Source: Rhynchobatus australiae (lineage: Eukaryota). From it: a stretch of 64,000 nt of DNA. This document shows, piece by piece, positions 13,311-25,959 of this stretch (positions within the stretch are counted from its first letter, which is position 1; each line of letters opens with the position of its first letter). The stretch is from positions 35,458,918 through 35,522,917 of the forward strand of contig JAUZTB010000033.1 in the NCBI GenBank assembly GCA_034780895.1. Reading direction: 5' to 3'. The notes under the pieces were generated by a model that was not told where the DNA came from, made no database searches, and saw only the letters and a program-made list of their open reading frames with translations. Made by a program: the position numbers and the translations under genes.

Positions 13311-13965
13311 GAGAAGAATAGATTTTTGAAGTGAGAAAATATAAAAAGGGAAGTATTTTATAAGAGAGGGCACCAGCACCAGTGCTAAGGATTGAATGGC
13401 CTCCCCCATTGCAATTTCTATCATTCTACTTTAGTGAGTTTGTTCCTAGGGAGTGGGTTAGGAAAGTTCGTAGCCAGTAGCTCCTAACACTGAGGTTTCT
13501 AGTCTTTCTGCTGTCTTCCCATTTGGTTTGTTCATGTTTTTTGACAAGTGAATTCCAAGTACAGTTTGAGTCAGCTTCACTCTTGGGTCCAAACCAAAAT
13601 CCAAGGAGATATGGAAAAAGATGAAGCCTATTAAAAGTGGCCTTGGCCTGTCAGCTACTCATGAAGCACAAAAATTCTGAGTATAGTTACGTGGTGAATA
13701 TCATTGATTGTAGGATAAGATTAATTACAGGAAAGTTATCAGGATATTACAACCAGTTACATGCAGACTATAAGGGATTTACTTTATTAGTGTTGANNNN
13801 NNNNNNAACCTAAGTCTTACTATCAGCTCTTAGTGGAATTTCAGTGAGATACCATTGGTTACTAATGAAATCAAAGTTTCCCCATCTCTGGTTTCTACTC
13901 TTCAATTTGTACTCCATCTTAATTTTCCCATTTTGTAATCCTGATTGTCTCCTTTGCCAACTACT

Positions 13966-14740
13966 GCTTCTTAGGTAGTCCCTTGATATCAAGGATGACT
14001 TGCTTCCACTCCAGTTCTGTGGGTTCTGAGGTGACTGATGAGGGCAATGTAGAATCTGGCAGCTTTTAGCACAGTTTGAGGGGAGGTGCTTTTGGAGCAC
14101 CAGATGAGTAGGTTGGGAGCTCGGGCATTCCTTCCACTGCTTATACTGTTCCCAATGCATGGACTTATGGTCTCAATACAATTCCAAGTGCTGCTTCTCC
14201 CACTAAGTCATGGGCTTGAGTTTCCTTGTGATTAGTGGGGACATTGCTTCTTTTTCAACGAGGTTTTGAGCACATATTTGAATATTTTTTTTCTGTTTAC
14301 CTGGCAATCTCTTCCCATGACAGGGGTTAGAATATTGTCTGTTTCCAAAGTCTGATGCCAGGCATGCGAACAATGTGGCCAGCCAAATTGAGCTGATCGA
14401 ATGTAATTAGGTCGCCAGTGTTGGTCTTGGAGAGGACGCTGACATCGGTTCACTTATTCTGCTGGTGGATTTGAAGAACTTTGCAAAGTCAGCATTGGTG
14501 TAAGGATATTGCTTTGAGGTGCTGCTATAGGTAGTCTAACTTTCAGAAGCAGATAGCATTGCAGGAATCACTGATAACTGGTGGACCAGGAGCTTTGGTT
14601 TTAAGGTCTTGATCTCCAAACATGCTTTGCCTCAGGTGGTCAAAACCTGTGTTGATGCAGTGCAGTTGATGGTGAATTTCATAATTGATGTTTGCCTTCG
14701 CTGAGAGGTGATCCCGAGGTATGGCAAATGATCACTGACT
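13966..14740 (-). mobile_element. RTE-clade LINE 3' fragment
   Basis: ttaggtagtccctt..aggatgacttgcttccactcc is the shared 3' terminus (also at 24711 and, on +, at about 39440); RT C-terminal remnants follow. Confidence 0.7.
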
Positions 14741-17289
14741 TATAGTAGAGGAACAGAGGCTACTTCTGGTAATTAGCTACTAAACTACATTATACTGTCA
14801 CTGAATAATTGCACATTTACAGAGGCAAATCCATAAATGTGTACAACCCAAATGGCCAGATGATTGCCTTGGACATTGGAGGCTGCTGTGATGCATTTCT
14901 CTTTCATTCTGCTGCCAGGTTTCCATGGGGATATTGATGAAGGTGTTTGTTCTGTTAAACACCATATAGATAACCTAATGATACTAGGAGTGCAGTATTG
15001 TGATGATTTTCATTGTAACTGTGAAGGTACCTCCAAGTCAGGTTACAGCACAAGGCAGACTTTGGTTTGGTTACTTGGTGAAGGGCTGCCTGTGAAGACA
15101 TTTGCACTCAGACATTCTCAATCAGATATGCCAAGATCTGGATAAACGGATATGAGTGAGGATGAATGTGAACAATTTACCCTTTTTACAAACAAACCTT
15201 GCTTCCTTTTTTCATCCTCCATTAAAAATCTCAGGCATGAAGATAAAACTTTTGCAATATCCATATTCAGAAATTAGCTTGTAACAGTAAAAAATACAGC
15301 TTTGAGTAGTCACTTGCTGCAAGACCAGCGTGCAAAAACCCTTTGCCAACTATATTATGACTGACAAGCTGAGTACAGAGGGGTTTCTAAGAGAAAACTT
15401 CTACAAAAATGCAGTTGCATTGACCAGCTTGAGGTTCATCATTTAAGTGACATTCTCACAAATTCTGTGCATGAACTCTTCAGGCAACATTCTGGTAAAT
15501 TTGGTGACCTCCCACTTGTTTTCTTGGGCCATTGAAAAGTTCACTCTTGTACAAGAAAATTAGTTTCTAAGTTAATGATNNNNNNNNNNNNNNNNNNNNN
15601 NNNNNNNNNNNNNNNNNNNNNNNNNNNNNNNNNNNNNNNNNNNNNNNNNNNNNNNNNNNNNNNNNNNNNNNNNNNNNNNCATTAAACATGCTCTGGTCTC
15701 ACTGCTTTCATGTTGAAGGCCTCAGAAAACTAATCCTGTTCCTTTTTTCCACTAATATACAAATCTGACACTTTACTCTTCTGTTTGAAATGAGATAGAC
15801 CATTCGGGCTGGAGCGAATTGGACTTCAGATTCTGCGTGGAGCTCCCAAGGATAAATTTGTTTAGACCCACGTCTGAAAAGGTAAAGCCGGGGCCAATTA
15901 ACTTAGGTTTGATGTATTAGTAATATTCACACATGAACGGCAAAACTGTACACTCAAATGAATGATTTTGACAGCTGGTCTGATTTAAAACCATTTGATC
16001 TTGGAAAACAGAGAAAAAAATAATTGGGATTAGGTTGCTCAATTGGTTGGAACATTGTCATTGCTTTTTGGAATCTAAGATATTATATTTACACATGATT
16101 TGTAAGGGTCCAATGTGAAATTAATTTGACAGTCAAATGCAGTTGCCAGTAATTGAGAATTCACAATTTGATATAAAGCTGTCAATCCCTCAGAAAAGTT
16201 ATTATGGTAAAAATATATCACTCTGGTTTTGTACAAAATTATTACATATTGGGATTAATACCCTCTACATAGATGAGATTTCAAATCCCATCTAAATTCT
16301 TCAAACAGAATGTAAACTTATGAAATCAGAAATCTTCCAGGAACATGGATTAGATTGCCTAGGATTGTTTTTCCAATATGCCACATCAGCTCAAGCCAAT
16401 AAAAATACATCCAAGATATTCCAGTAAATACTCAGGTATTAAAGTGATATTCAGGTATAGTTGGCTGAAGTCTTGTTCTATGGGATTTTGTTTGTGGTTC
16501 ATCAGCTGAATTCATGGGCACAAATATCTGGGAAAGGAGTTGAGTCTCGGAAAGAATAGTCTGTAGAAATATGGCAAAAATTCAGACAAATATGTAGTAA
16601 TTTTAGCAGAACAGGTTTGCATTCAGTTGAAGAAAATGGTAGTGCATCCCAAAGCTGGTTTGAATACCTGGGCTTACGATGACAGCAACAAATGTTCATC
16701 ATATTCCACANNNNNNNNNNNNNNNNNNNNNNNNNNNNNNNNNNNNNNNNNNNNNNNNNNNNNNNNNNNNNNNNNNNNNNNNNNNNNNNNNNNNNNNNNN
16801 NNNNNNNNNNATTCCTTATCTTAGAAAAGATATACCCATTCAAGAGGGAGTGCAACAAATGTTCATCATATTCCACATTTAACTCAGGAACATTTTGTTA
16901 TCTGCGTGTAACCACTCCGCATTTTCAACAGGTGCATGTAACCCACCTCCACCAGGTAGGGTTGATTACTGCTCATAATGGCTGAGTGAAGCAATCTGGA
17001 GAGATGTTTATTGACATGTAAATTTAACATTATATGTATGCTTTCCCTAATTTCCTGAAAGTCACCACTGAAATGAAGAAAACTTGATTGCACTGTACAA
17101 CAATTAACAGGATGGTAATTGACAGTCACAAATATGAACATCAATACATACGTAGTGCTCACTGTTCCTTTCTGATCTCCCACTGGGAAAGTTTGATTGA
17201 GAGCAGTCAGGTTGAGATGCTAAGCATCAAGATGTTTACCACCATAGTTCCCATTGATTAGACCACGGGCGAGGATGCAATTGCTCACA

Positions 17290-17311
17290 AGTAGTAGTAG
17301 TAGTAGTAGTA
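17290..17311. repeat. (AGT)7 microsatellite
   Basis: agtagtagtagtagtagtagta. Confidence 0.9.
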
Positions 17312-18799
17312 TCAACCTGCAGATGGTCATGAGCAGCAGAGGGGAGTAGCAGTAGGGTCAAGGTGAGAGAAGGCACTACCCGATTAACAAAGTGAACAGA
17401 CAGGCTTAATTCCCTTCATCTTTTGGAAAATCCTTGCTTATTATCACATCAGGTGGTAGCAGGCAGCTGCAGCCTGCTCAAAGAAGACTTATTTGGCCAT
17501 GGCTCAGATAGTTATCACTGACCTCAATTTTACTGCCTCTGAAGACAAATCTGGGAGTAAACTGTGCATAAATGCATGATGCAGTAACTGATGGATTATT
17601 TGTCAGGCTGACAATTCCATCCATCCAGAAATGGATCTATTTGCATGTTTTAATGCATTATTTGCATTGCAAAGCCATTTTGTATATATTAGATTGCATG
17701 AATAATCATTTCTGAGTTAATGACCATCAGGAAAATGGCCTAATGACGCAATTAGTGTGTCTGACCTTTGTCCCACATCAAATGCACATCTAATGATACC
17801 AGCCAGTGTGAAGAGCCCATTTCCACATTTACTTACAGAGGTATGGACTACATGAAAGAGCAAAACAGCAGATCAGCAGAGAAATGTGAATTCTAGGGTC
17901 TCTGCTTTTCCACTGCTCTCTACAGCTGCTAGTTCCAGTTTATATTGCTCAGCATATTCTAATAGTTCTATTACCCATTGCATCCCTACAAAATTTTAAA
18001 TGGTAGGGATACAGATTGCAGTCTCTGCCAATGAAATGAGCAGTGGAATTTGACCATTTGCAGCAAGGGACTTGAACTGTGAAGACATTCAGGGTAGAGG
18101 CCAAACATGTGTCAAAGACGTGTACTGTGCTCCCATATATTAGCTTCACATCTTTGGAAACCTTTCTTGCTCCATGACTGTCAGAGATTTGTTGATCTCC
18201 CACCAACAGGGAGAGTGAGATATATTTTACATTTCATATTGCAGGAAGATTAACACTCACTGTAAATATCCTATTTATTTACTTATTACATGTAAAGTAA
18301 ATATGTTGGGTTGTAATTTGCCTCACCTCATTAAAGTGTTCATCAGTCCATGTTCTCGAAAGCTGATGAAATGCAGATCGAAACATATGTGCCATTATTG
18401 CATCCACTTCACATGAAGAAGGGATTCAGTGCTACAAACCCAAAGTCATATTATGGATAAGTACCTGGCTATAGTGAACACAGGGGACCAGAAATTCCAT
18501 CACACATCTCCAAAGAAAATGGTGCAATGTATTCAAAAATCAAGTTAACCCAGGGTAGAGCAAAATTGCACACATTTCTATGTACCTTAGCACCTGTGAG
18601 GAAACTCATCCTTTCATATTTTTGAGAGGATTTTCACTCTCCCTAACAGTTTTATTTTTGAAGTGCAAAATGGAAAATTCATCTGCTGTGAGATTTTCAA
18701 ACCCATTGTTCTGAAAAATGACAATTATTTACCCTCAGAAAACAACCTACTTTAATTAAACATAGTTCCCCTGAAATTGTGCTATTTAAGGGGCCAACA

Positions 18800-19606
18800 C
18801 TCAGTGCCTTCTTTATCCTTAATGAGATCTGTAACCTTTGATGTCTTCAGTTGCAACTTCATGTGTGCCTTAACTATTTTGCCTGCAGAGATCTTGCCCA
18901 CTCTTGACTTACTGTGCTCAGAACCATTCCAGNNNNNNNNNNNNNNNNNNNNNNNNNNNNNNNNNNNNNNNNNNNNNNNNNNNNNNNNNNNNNNNNNNNN
19001 NNNNNNNNNNNNNNNNNNNNNNNNNNNNNNNNCTTGACTTACTGTGCTCAGAACCATTCCAGGCAGCTGCTGATTGTGCCATTTCTCAGTTTGTTGTTCA
19101 CTGCTGCAATTGGGAGGTCACCCTAAAGCTCCATATTCAAGTTTAAGAAATTTACCTTTCCTTCAGCCCCCAAGTGCATGCAATGTGGGCACAGAGTTTT
19201 GCTTGCATTGTAGGTTTCTCCTAAGTGCAGACATTCAGTTTCTACACTCAAGAACTTACAAAGATTTCCCTGGCAACTTCCTGTCTTTTTGCCCTGGAGG
19301 GTCTCCATTGGTTTGCTTACACAAAGAACATATCTCCTTTGTCAGCTTGTGCAGGTCCTTCTAGAATCCTGGAAGCACTCCCCAGTTCCCCATCTAACAT
19401 TGCAGTATCCATTCATTCAATATATACGCTCCTCAGTCGCTGGAAGCTAATATCAGTTTCAGCATGGAGTTACGGGGAGACCTACCAATAGTGTTCTGTG
19501 AACCTCGCAATTGAAATTCATGCTTGTTAGTTTCACATTTCGTATTAGGGTGACCCAGAATGATGTCTTAAAGACAAAAAAAAAGAGCCTGGCCACATTT
19601 CTAGGC
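18800..19606 (+). mobile_element. PIF/Harbinger-like transposase fossil with putative right TIR
   Basis: Peptides LNEICNL*CLQLQ, TLDLLCSEPFQAAADCAISQFVVHCC.WEVT, AQSFACIVGFS*VQ and FPGNFLSF are collinear with HARBI1/Harbinger motifs (ALxFFAxGSFQ..GD..ISQ..V, IAGFPxVxG, ARFPGS); ends atttctaggc at 19597-19606. Confidence 0.55.
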
Positions 19607-20117
19607 TGCAGACTGTTTAATTCCCTCCTTACCCAGCCATGAATGCTGCTAGTATGACAACAGTCAGGTAAATAGTTCACTGCCTTCCTGAACTTTCATA
19701 AATGCTATTAATCACCTCACTTCAACCTCAACCAAAGACTTNNNNNNNNNNNNNNNNNNNNNNNNNNNNNNNNNNNNNNNNNNNNNNNNNNNNNNNNNNN
19801 NNNNNNNNNNNNNNNNNNNNNNNNNNNNNNNNNNNNNNNNNNNNNNNNNNNNNNNNNNNNNNNNNNNNNNNNNNNNNNNNNNNNNNNNNNNNNNNNAGCA
19901 CAAAGGGTGAATCCCTGGAAAATGCTTAGATTGACTCATATTAACTAGTGCCACAAGTAAGACACTACAGTTGGTCATAATTAATGACCTTGTTTAGATT
20001 GAGTGTCAGAAATAATGTAGCCTCATTCCGAACTACCAGATTATTGTCTGGTAACTTCCACTGAATTGTGAGCAAGTGAGTGATCATGCATGCAAGGAAA
20101 GTGTGTGTTCAAGGAGT

Positions 20118-20220
20118 GTCAGAATCAGAATTATTATCACTGACATATGTTGTGAAATTTGTTGTATTGTGGCAGCAGTACAGAGCAAGACATAAAAATT
20201 ACCATAAGTTACAAAAATAG
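20118..20220 (-). mobile_element. LINE 3' tail, probably Rex/Babar-type
   Basis: tcagaatcagaattattatcactgacatatgttgtgaaatttgttg: a tandem-repeat tail plus a terminus like the other Rex/Babar tails. Confidence 0.5.
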
Positions 20221-20410
20221 AGTGTGTACATATGGTGGAGGTATGTGTGGGATAGTGTGTGTGTAGGTGAGAGACCATGCATTTATGTGTAAGTTGTGTG
20301 TGCAAGAAGAAAAGTAATGTGTGTGGGTGGGGAAGGGTGATGCGTGTGTACATGAGAGTCTGTGCAAGAAATGAGCTATGTGAGTGTGTCAGAGGGTACA
20401 TGGGGGGATG
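20220..20410. repeat. Degenerate (GT)n-rich tract
   Basis: Many interrupted gtgtgt runs. Confidence 0.7.
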
Positions 20411-21409
20411 TTATGGCATAGGAATGAACATTTTAACTATGGCTTTGACATCTGCTACAGTTGACTAAGCTGATGACATCTAAGCTCACAGATGGTGACT
20501 TGGCCAAATTACTACAGATACAAGGGTACTGAACCCCAGCATGACTTGACACCTTGAGGAAAAAGGAGCAAAATAAAATGATAAAATAATTTTAAGCTTC
20601 TGGATGGAGATCTCAGATTTACTTTATGTTATTTTTTAATATCTACAGCTTTGTATATAGTTTAAGTATGGTTTCTGTCTATTCTGGCACAATTTATTCA
20701 AAGCATTTATCTCATTCTCATACCACTCCTCTATCAAAAATGTGAATGGTTGCCCACAACTGTCAGGTGGGAGTTGCCACAAATTTGAACTTGTATTCAT
20801 GTTCATCCAAAAATGTTCTCCTGAATTAAGGCTATATGACTCACCTAGCACATCCAAAGGTTAATGAGATTTTATTAGTAACATCAAAAAGTTAATGGCA
20901 GCAAGACAGCAGTAAAGCATGCTATGGCTGTGGCAGAAGAGAATGGCTGCAGGGAAGAGGGACAGAAATATTATCCACTCAATCCATTTCCCAATGCACT
21001 GCATAACATTCTGTTCAAAAGAGTCTGATGTATCCTCATACACATTGGCTGCATTGTTGAATATAATTATCGATGTTGAACAGCAGTCCTAACTGTTTTG
21101 ACCACCATTTACACCTGCAGAATAGAGATCCTTTTGAGACTAGTGTATTTTGTGCTGAGCTCAGAATTCTTTAAGTGAGGAGCCATTCAGGAAATATGAA
21201 GATATTGTAGCAAGGTATTTAAGTAACTGGTTCATCCATTCATTCATTGATGTACTATAATCAGTGTGGGTGGACCTGTAAAGCAGCATCTGAGGGAATA
21301 TTATGTCTCACTCTGCCTGATTACTGGTGCACGATGACTCAAGTGTGAAAAGTGTCACTTTGTTTGCATCAGGGACTGTGATGTTGTAGACTCCTGAGGA
21401 GAAGGGTTT

Positions 21410-22670
21410 TTCTTACATAAATATCCAATGTGGATCAAGGCTGCCTTCTCTACTCAGTTGGCAGATCAGGCGGTGNNNNNNNNNNNNNNNNNNNNNNNNN
21501 NNNNNNNNNNNNNNNNNNNNNNNNNNNNNNNNNNNNNNNNNNNNNNNNNNNNNNNNNNNNNNNNNNNNNNNNNNNGATGTTGAACATGGACGTCTCCCTA
21601 CTCGCTTTCTTTTTCTTGCTCCTGCTGCTCTTCCAGCTCACCTCATGACTCTTACGTTGAAGGTAACCTAGCCACTCTTCTTCAGCTGTCATCAGTTTGC
21701 AAGGACCATACCACACCACTTTGAAGTCTCCACATCTGTTTGCTTTGTATTACATGATACCCTTGGACTGATGAAGGCATCAAAATCTGATTTGAGAAGG
21801 CTTGTAGTATTTGCCACAATACTCTGGTACTGTAGTGGTCCTCATTAAATCTGTGCACAGCTGCTGTGGCTGGATGCTGTACTGAGCAGCCACAGAAAGG
21901 AGGGTTGCCCTTGTCCCCTGTGATCCATCCATCAGGTCAGTGCTGTTCACTGAAAATGTCCAGCAGTACATACTCCCTCAGTATGTATGTTTTATGCGAC
22001 CAGGGCTTCAGCCATGAGGGAATTTTTCTCATGATCCACAGTGCCCTTCACCATGAAGGAGTGGGAAACTTGCTCATTCACAAAACAATCTGGTTTGTTT
22101 ACAGAATCTGTTGTGAGCAAATGAATGCAGTCAACAGCTGCCTACACCCTTAGGATTTGCTGGGAAATACCAGTGCTTGAGATGCCACTTTCTCCTCACT
22201 GACAACAAAGTAGATGAAATTATTCCTTCTCTCGTTCAGTGGCCAGGTGATGTCTCTGATACTGTGCTGAGCAGCAAAATTGGAACAAAGACAGATCTGC
22301 TGCAACCATTTGGAAAGACCTAGTGAAGAGAAAGTTCAGCAGCAGCAGATCCTTGATTCTAGGGAGAGGGCAGTCCAGGCACAAGAGCATCCCAGAAGAA
22401 TGTCACAAACCTCACCGATAACAGACTTGGAAAACCCAAACATGTGAAAGCATTGTCCTTCAAAGAGGTCCAGGTAGGGTGTGGTGTTGAGGGAATTCCC
22501 TCAGACAGTTGTGCATGTCTTTGCCTCCTGCCAGAAGGTTCCAAAATCACCCTGAATGGCTTGCCACACCTCTCCTGAAGCAAACAGTAATGGATTGCTA
22601 CCAGTGGTATCACTACTGAGGAACCCATTGACTGAGAGCTCAGTGATCGGGGGGAAACCACTCACTTAGT
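21410..22670 (-). mobile_element. Highly degraded RTE-like LINE
   Basis: The minus-strand ORF VWYG...AEEEWLGYLQRK...KKKK and a downstream C..S.HIGYL-like tract resemble the RTE C-terminus; the 5' boundary is uncertain. Confidence 0.4.
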
Positions 22671-23861
22671 TTCAGCACACTCTGTTAAGTTTGGAAGGTG
22701 CTTGAACAGCCTACAGTCAGTTCTGAAGCTGNNNNNNNNNNNNNNNNNNNNNNNNNNNNNNNNNNNNNNNNNNNNNNNNNNNNNNNNNNNNNNNNGAAAC
22801 ATGCAACAAACTCCCAGTCGAGTTAGACTGTTTCATTATGGACATTGAGTGAAGCTGAGAGCTCCAATTTATATTGGTGTGAGCAGATATGGGCATTGTT
22901 TGATATGCTTCTAATGTCAGAGAAAGGTTATGACAGTGCCCAGTCCAATTTCACTTCTAATTTAATTTACTTTAGGTAAAATTGAAATTGGATCACACAC
23001 CACTGTTTTCCCAGAGCGACCTGATCCAAAAGCAAGAGTTGTTACTGGAGAGAGTAATTGCTTCTCCTTTCCTTCCTGAACAATATCACAGTGAGTGTGT
23101 TTCCATAAATAGCTAATTAAACTATTTTGATGATATTGAATAATCTTATTGTTATCTAACTACCTGTGGGCAAACAGCCAGCTGATGCTCACATTTCAAG
23201 CTCACATTTGAGCAATAATCACTGGACAAGATATCCGAAGACGGCTGGTGGCTGGCAGCTAGCTCCAAGAGTTGGCATTTGAGAAAGTCAGAGGGAAAAA
23301 CAAAGAAAAAACAGCATGCCTGGAAAATAAATCTGCCACTGGCATCTCCACTCCACATCTCATATTTCAGGCAGCCTTCTGCATATGTGAACATCCTTCA
23401 CAATATTCAATATTTTCTCATAAATCACTTCCATATCTTTTAATACAAAGAATGACATTGAGATGGGAGTAGATGAAGTAGGGTGGGAGGAAACCTGTAC
23501 TGAACACAGACAAAGATCAAGCAGTGAGAATAGTCCGTTTCTGTGTTTCTATTCAATTAGCTGTGAAATACAAGATTTTTTCAAACACTCATGTGCCTAC
23601 AGTCAGCAAAATTACCATTTCTCAAACATGCTGTTCCTACTGCATCTTTTTGTGTGGCTTCAACAGAGGGAGAGGCAGGCTGCATAAATCCCTGCCCTGT
23701 CACTGCTGAGGTGCTCTTGCCCAATTCTGTCTGTGCCTGCAAGCTTGAGTTTCCCATCAAAGATTCCTCCTGTGCAATGGCAGACCTGGGCATCAGGAAA
23801 TGATCTGGTGTGTTAAATCCTGGCCAGAGGTGAAGTATGGAAACGGAGGCATGTGGAGGCA

Positions 23862-24045
23862 GTGGTGGTTTCCTTCCACATTCCAAAGACTTACGGGTTA
23901 GGAAGTTGTGGGCATGCTATAGTATGTTGGCACCAGAAGCATGGCGACACTTGCGGGCTGCCCCCAGAATACTACACAAAAGATGTATTTCACTGTGTGT
24001 TTCAATGTACTTGTGACTAATAAGGATGTCTTGTTTTGCCTTGTG
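23862..24045 (+). mobile_element. 5'-truncated V-SINE with Rex/Babar-like tail
   Basis: V-domain ggtttccttccacattccaaagac; tail tttcactgtgtgtttcaatgtacttgtgactaataa; same family as 31236-31531. Confidence 0.8.
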
Positions 24046-24114
24046 GGAGGTAAAAATTCCAATTCTCATATTCTACCTCTCCTGTACCAGCAATACAGAG
24101 TGGCTTTTGGTAAC

Positions 24115-24535
24115 TCACAAGGCAGAAATAGGCTATTCGGCCCATCGAGTCTGCTCTGCCACTTCACCATGAGCTAAACGATTCTCCCATCTAGCCCCTA
24201 TTCCTGGCCTTTTCCCCATATCCCTTGATACCCTGACTAATTAGATACCTAGCAAACTCCTCCTTAAACCCCCAATGATCGAGCCTCCACAGCTGTATGT
24301 AGCAACAAATTCCATAAATCCACGACCCTCTGGCTAAAGAAATGTCTTCTCATCTCTGTTTTAAATGAGTACCCTCTAATTCTAAGACTGTGCCCTCATC
24401 CTGGACTGACCTACCAAGGGAAACAACTTAGCGACATCTACTCTGTCCAATCCTTTCAACATTCGAAATGTTTTGATGAGGTCCCCTTTCAGTCTTCTGT
24501 ACTCCAATGAATACAGTCCAAGAGCCAACAAGAGC
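24115..24535 (-). mobile_element. CR1 3' fragment
   Basis: LGLYSLEYRRLKGDLIKTFRMLKGLDRVDVAKLFPLVG (ORF 24382-24579) plus the CR1 3' UTR. Confidence 0.9.
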
Positions 24536-24710
24536 CAGCAAAAGCCAACAAACAAAATATAGGTGATATTTTGTTTCACGTGGGTAGGGTGGTTGTCTCC
24601 TTTTTAAGCCAGTAGGCAACTTGGCATTCACACATGTAGTTAATGGCCTGCATGATGTTTTGAAAGCCATGCCTGAAGATCCATGGCAAACCTTCCTGCA
24701 ATTCTCTGTG

Positions 24711-25435
24711 CTTCTCTTTAGGCAGTCCCTCAGGATCAAGGATAACTTGTTTCCATTCCAGTTTTGTGGGCAAGGCTACTAAAGATAATGTGGAAACCAT
24801 GGACTCTTCTACAGACGGGGCAGGAGGTGCCTGCTAAGGCGGTAGATGGTTTGTTTGGGATGTGGTGTGCTTCTTCTGCTTTTTATGTAAGACTTCAGTG
24901 TGCTTCCAATGCATGGAGTTGAGGTTCTCAATATCATCCTGAATGCTGCTTCTCCATGTTGAGCAGTCATGGGGCAGGGATTCTGAGGAGTCTGTTGCAT
25001 TTTATCAGGAATGCTTTGAGCACATCCTTGAATCTTTTCCTCTGTCCATCTGGTAATCCTTGCAATGGAGCCGACTCAGTATTATTAGGACCTTAGTGTG
25101 GGGATATTGGCCTCAGAGAAGATGCTGACATTGGTTTTCTTGTCCTTTGGAGGATTTTGTGAAGACATCATGGGTGGTACTTTTCTATTGCTATGAGATG
25201 TCTGCTGTGTCTCAGAAGCATAGAGGGAGGTAGGGCTCAGGTCGACTATATGTTTCGTTCCAAGCCTAGGTCTTACTTTTCAAATAACTCTTCCTCAATC
25301 AGCTGAATTTGTGCTGATGCAAAAAAGGCAGTGGTGAATTTAAGCATCGACATCTGCCTTGGAAGAGAGGTGCTTCCCAAGATATGGAAATTGGTCCATA
25401 TTTTGCAGGGTCTCACCATGAACCCTTATTGTCTG
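24711..25435 (-). mobile_element. RTE-clade LINE 3' fragment
   Basis: Homologous to 13966-14740 (ttaggcagtccctcaggatcaaggataacttg; gagcacatccttgaatcttttcctctgtccatc). Confidence 0.7.
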
Positions 25436-25959
25436 AGGGCAGTGTTGTGGCAACAATCCATTTAAAATCAAGTTGGAATCTTCCATTTTCTCTGATATTG
25501 TGAAGTGTCAATAGTTGATTGAGTTGTTGATACACCTTTGGCATTCTCCTGTTTAATAATGTTCAGCCTGCGTCCAGTTTGGAGAGGATTATACTGTAAA
25601 GTGGCCTCTCCAGAGCTGTCCCTGCCACCACTGTCTGCCTATGCTTCCTTGTAAAGTGTGAATCAATGTGANNNNNNNNNNNNNNNAGTGTGTACTCATC
25701 ATAGAATGAGTACCTGCATTGTTGCAATGCTACATGCCCTCAGAAGCAATGAGATTACTCATACACATTTCCTATTTGCTTTAATGTCCTCTCAGACAAC
25801 AGTAATGAATATGATTTAATTGTTGAGAAATTAGGATCTTTCCATTCACTTTCCTAAATCATCTCACAATGAAGTCATTGATGAAATCAACTCGACGTGT
25901 GTGTTGGTAATACTTGTCACTCATGGTGCAGGAGGCACATATTGGTGTAGATAGATTGG

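Noticed and set aside
18903-19062. 30-bp direct repeats around a spacer, superficially CRISPR-like (also 26499-26658 and 56062-56231)
   Set aside because: Only two copies around a 100-N gap in eukaryotic DNA; this is an assembly overlap, and there are no cas genes.
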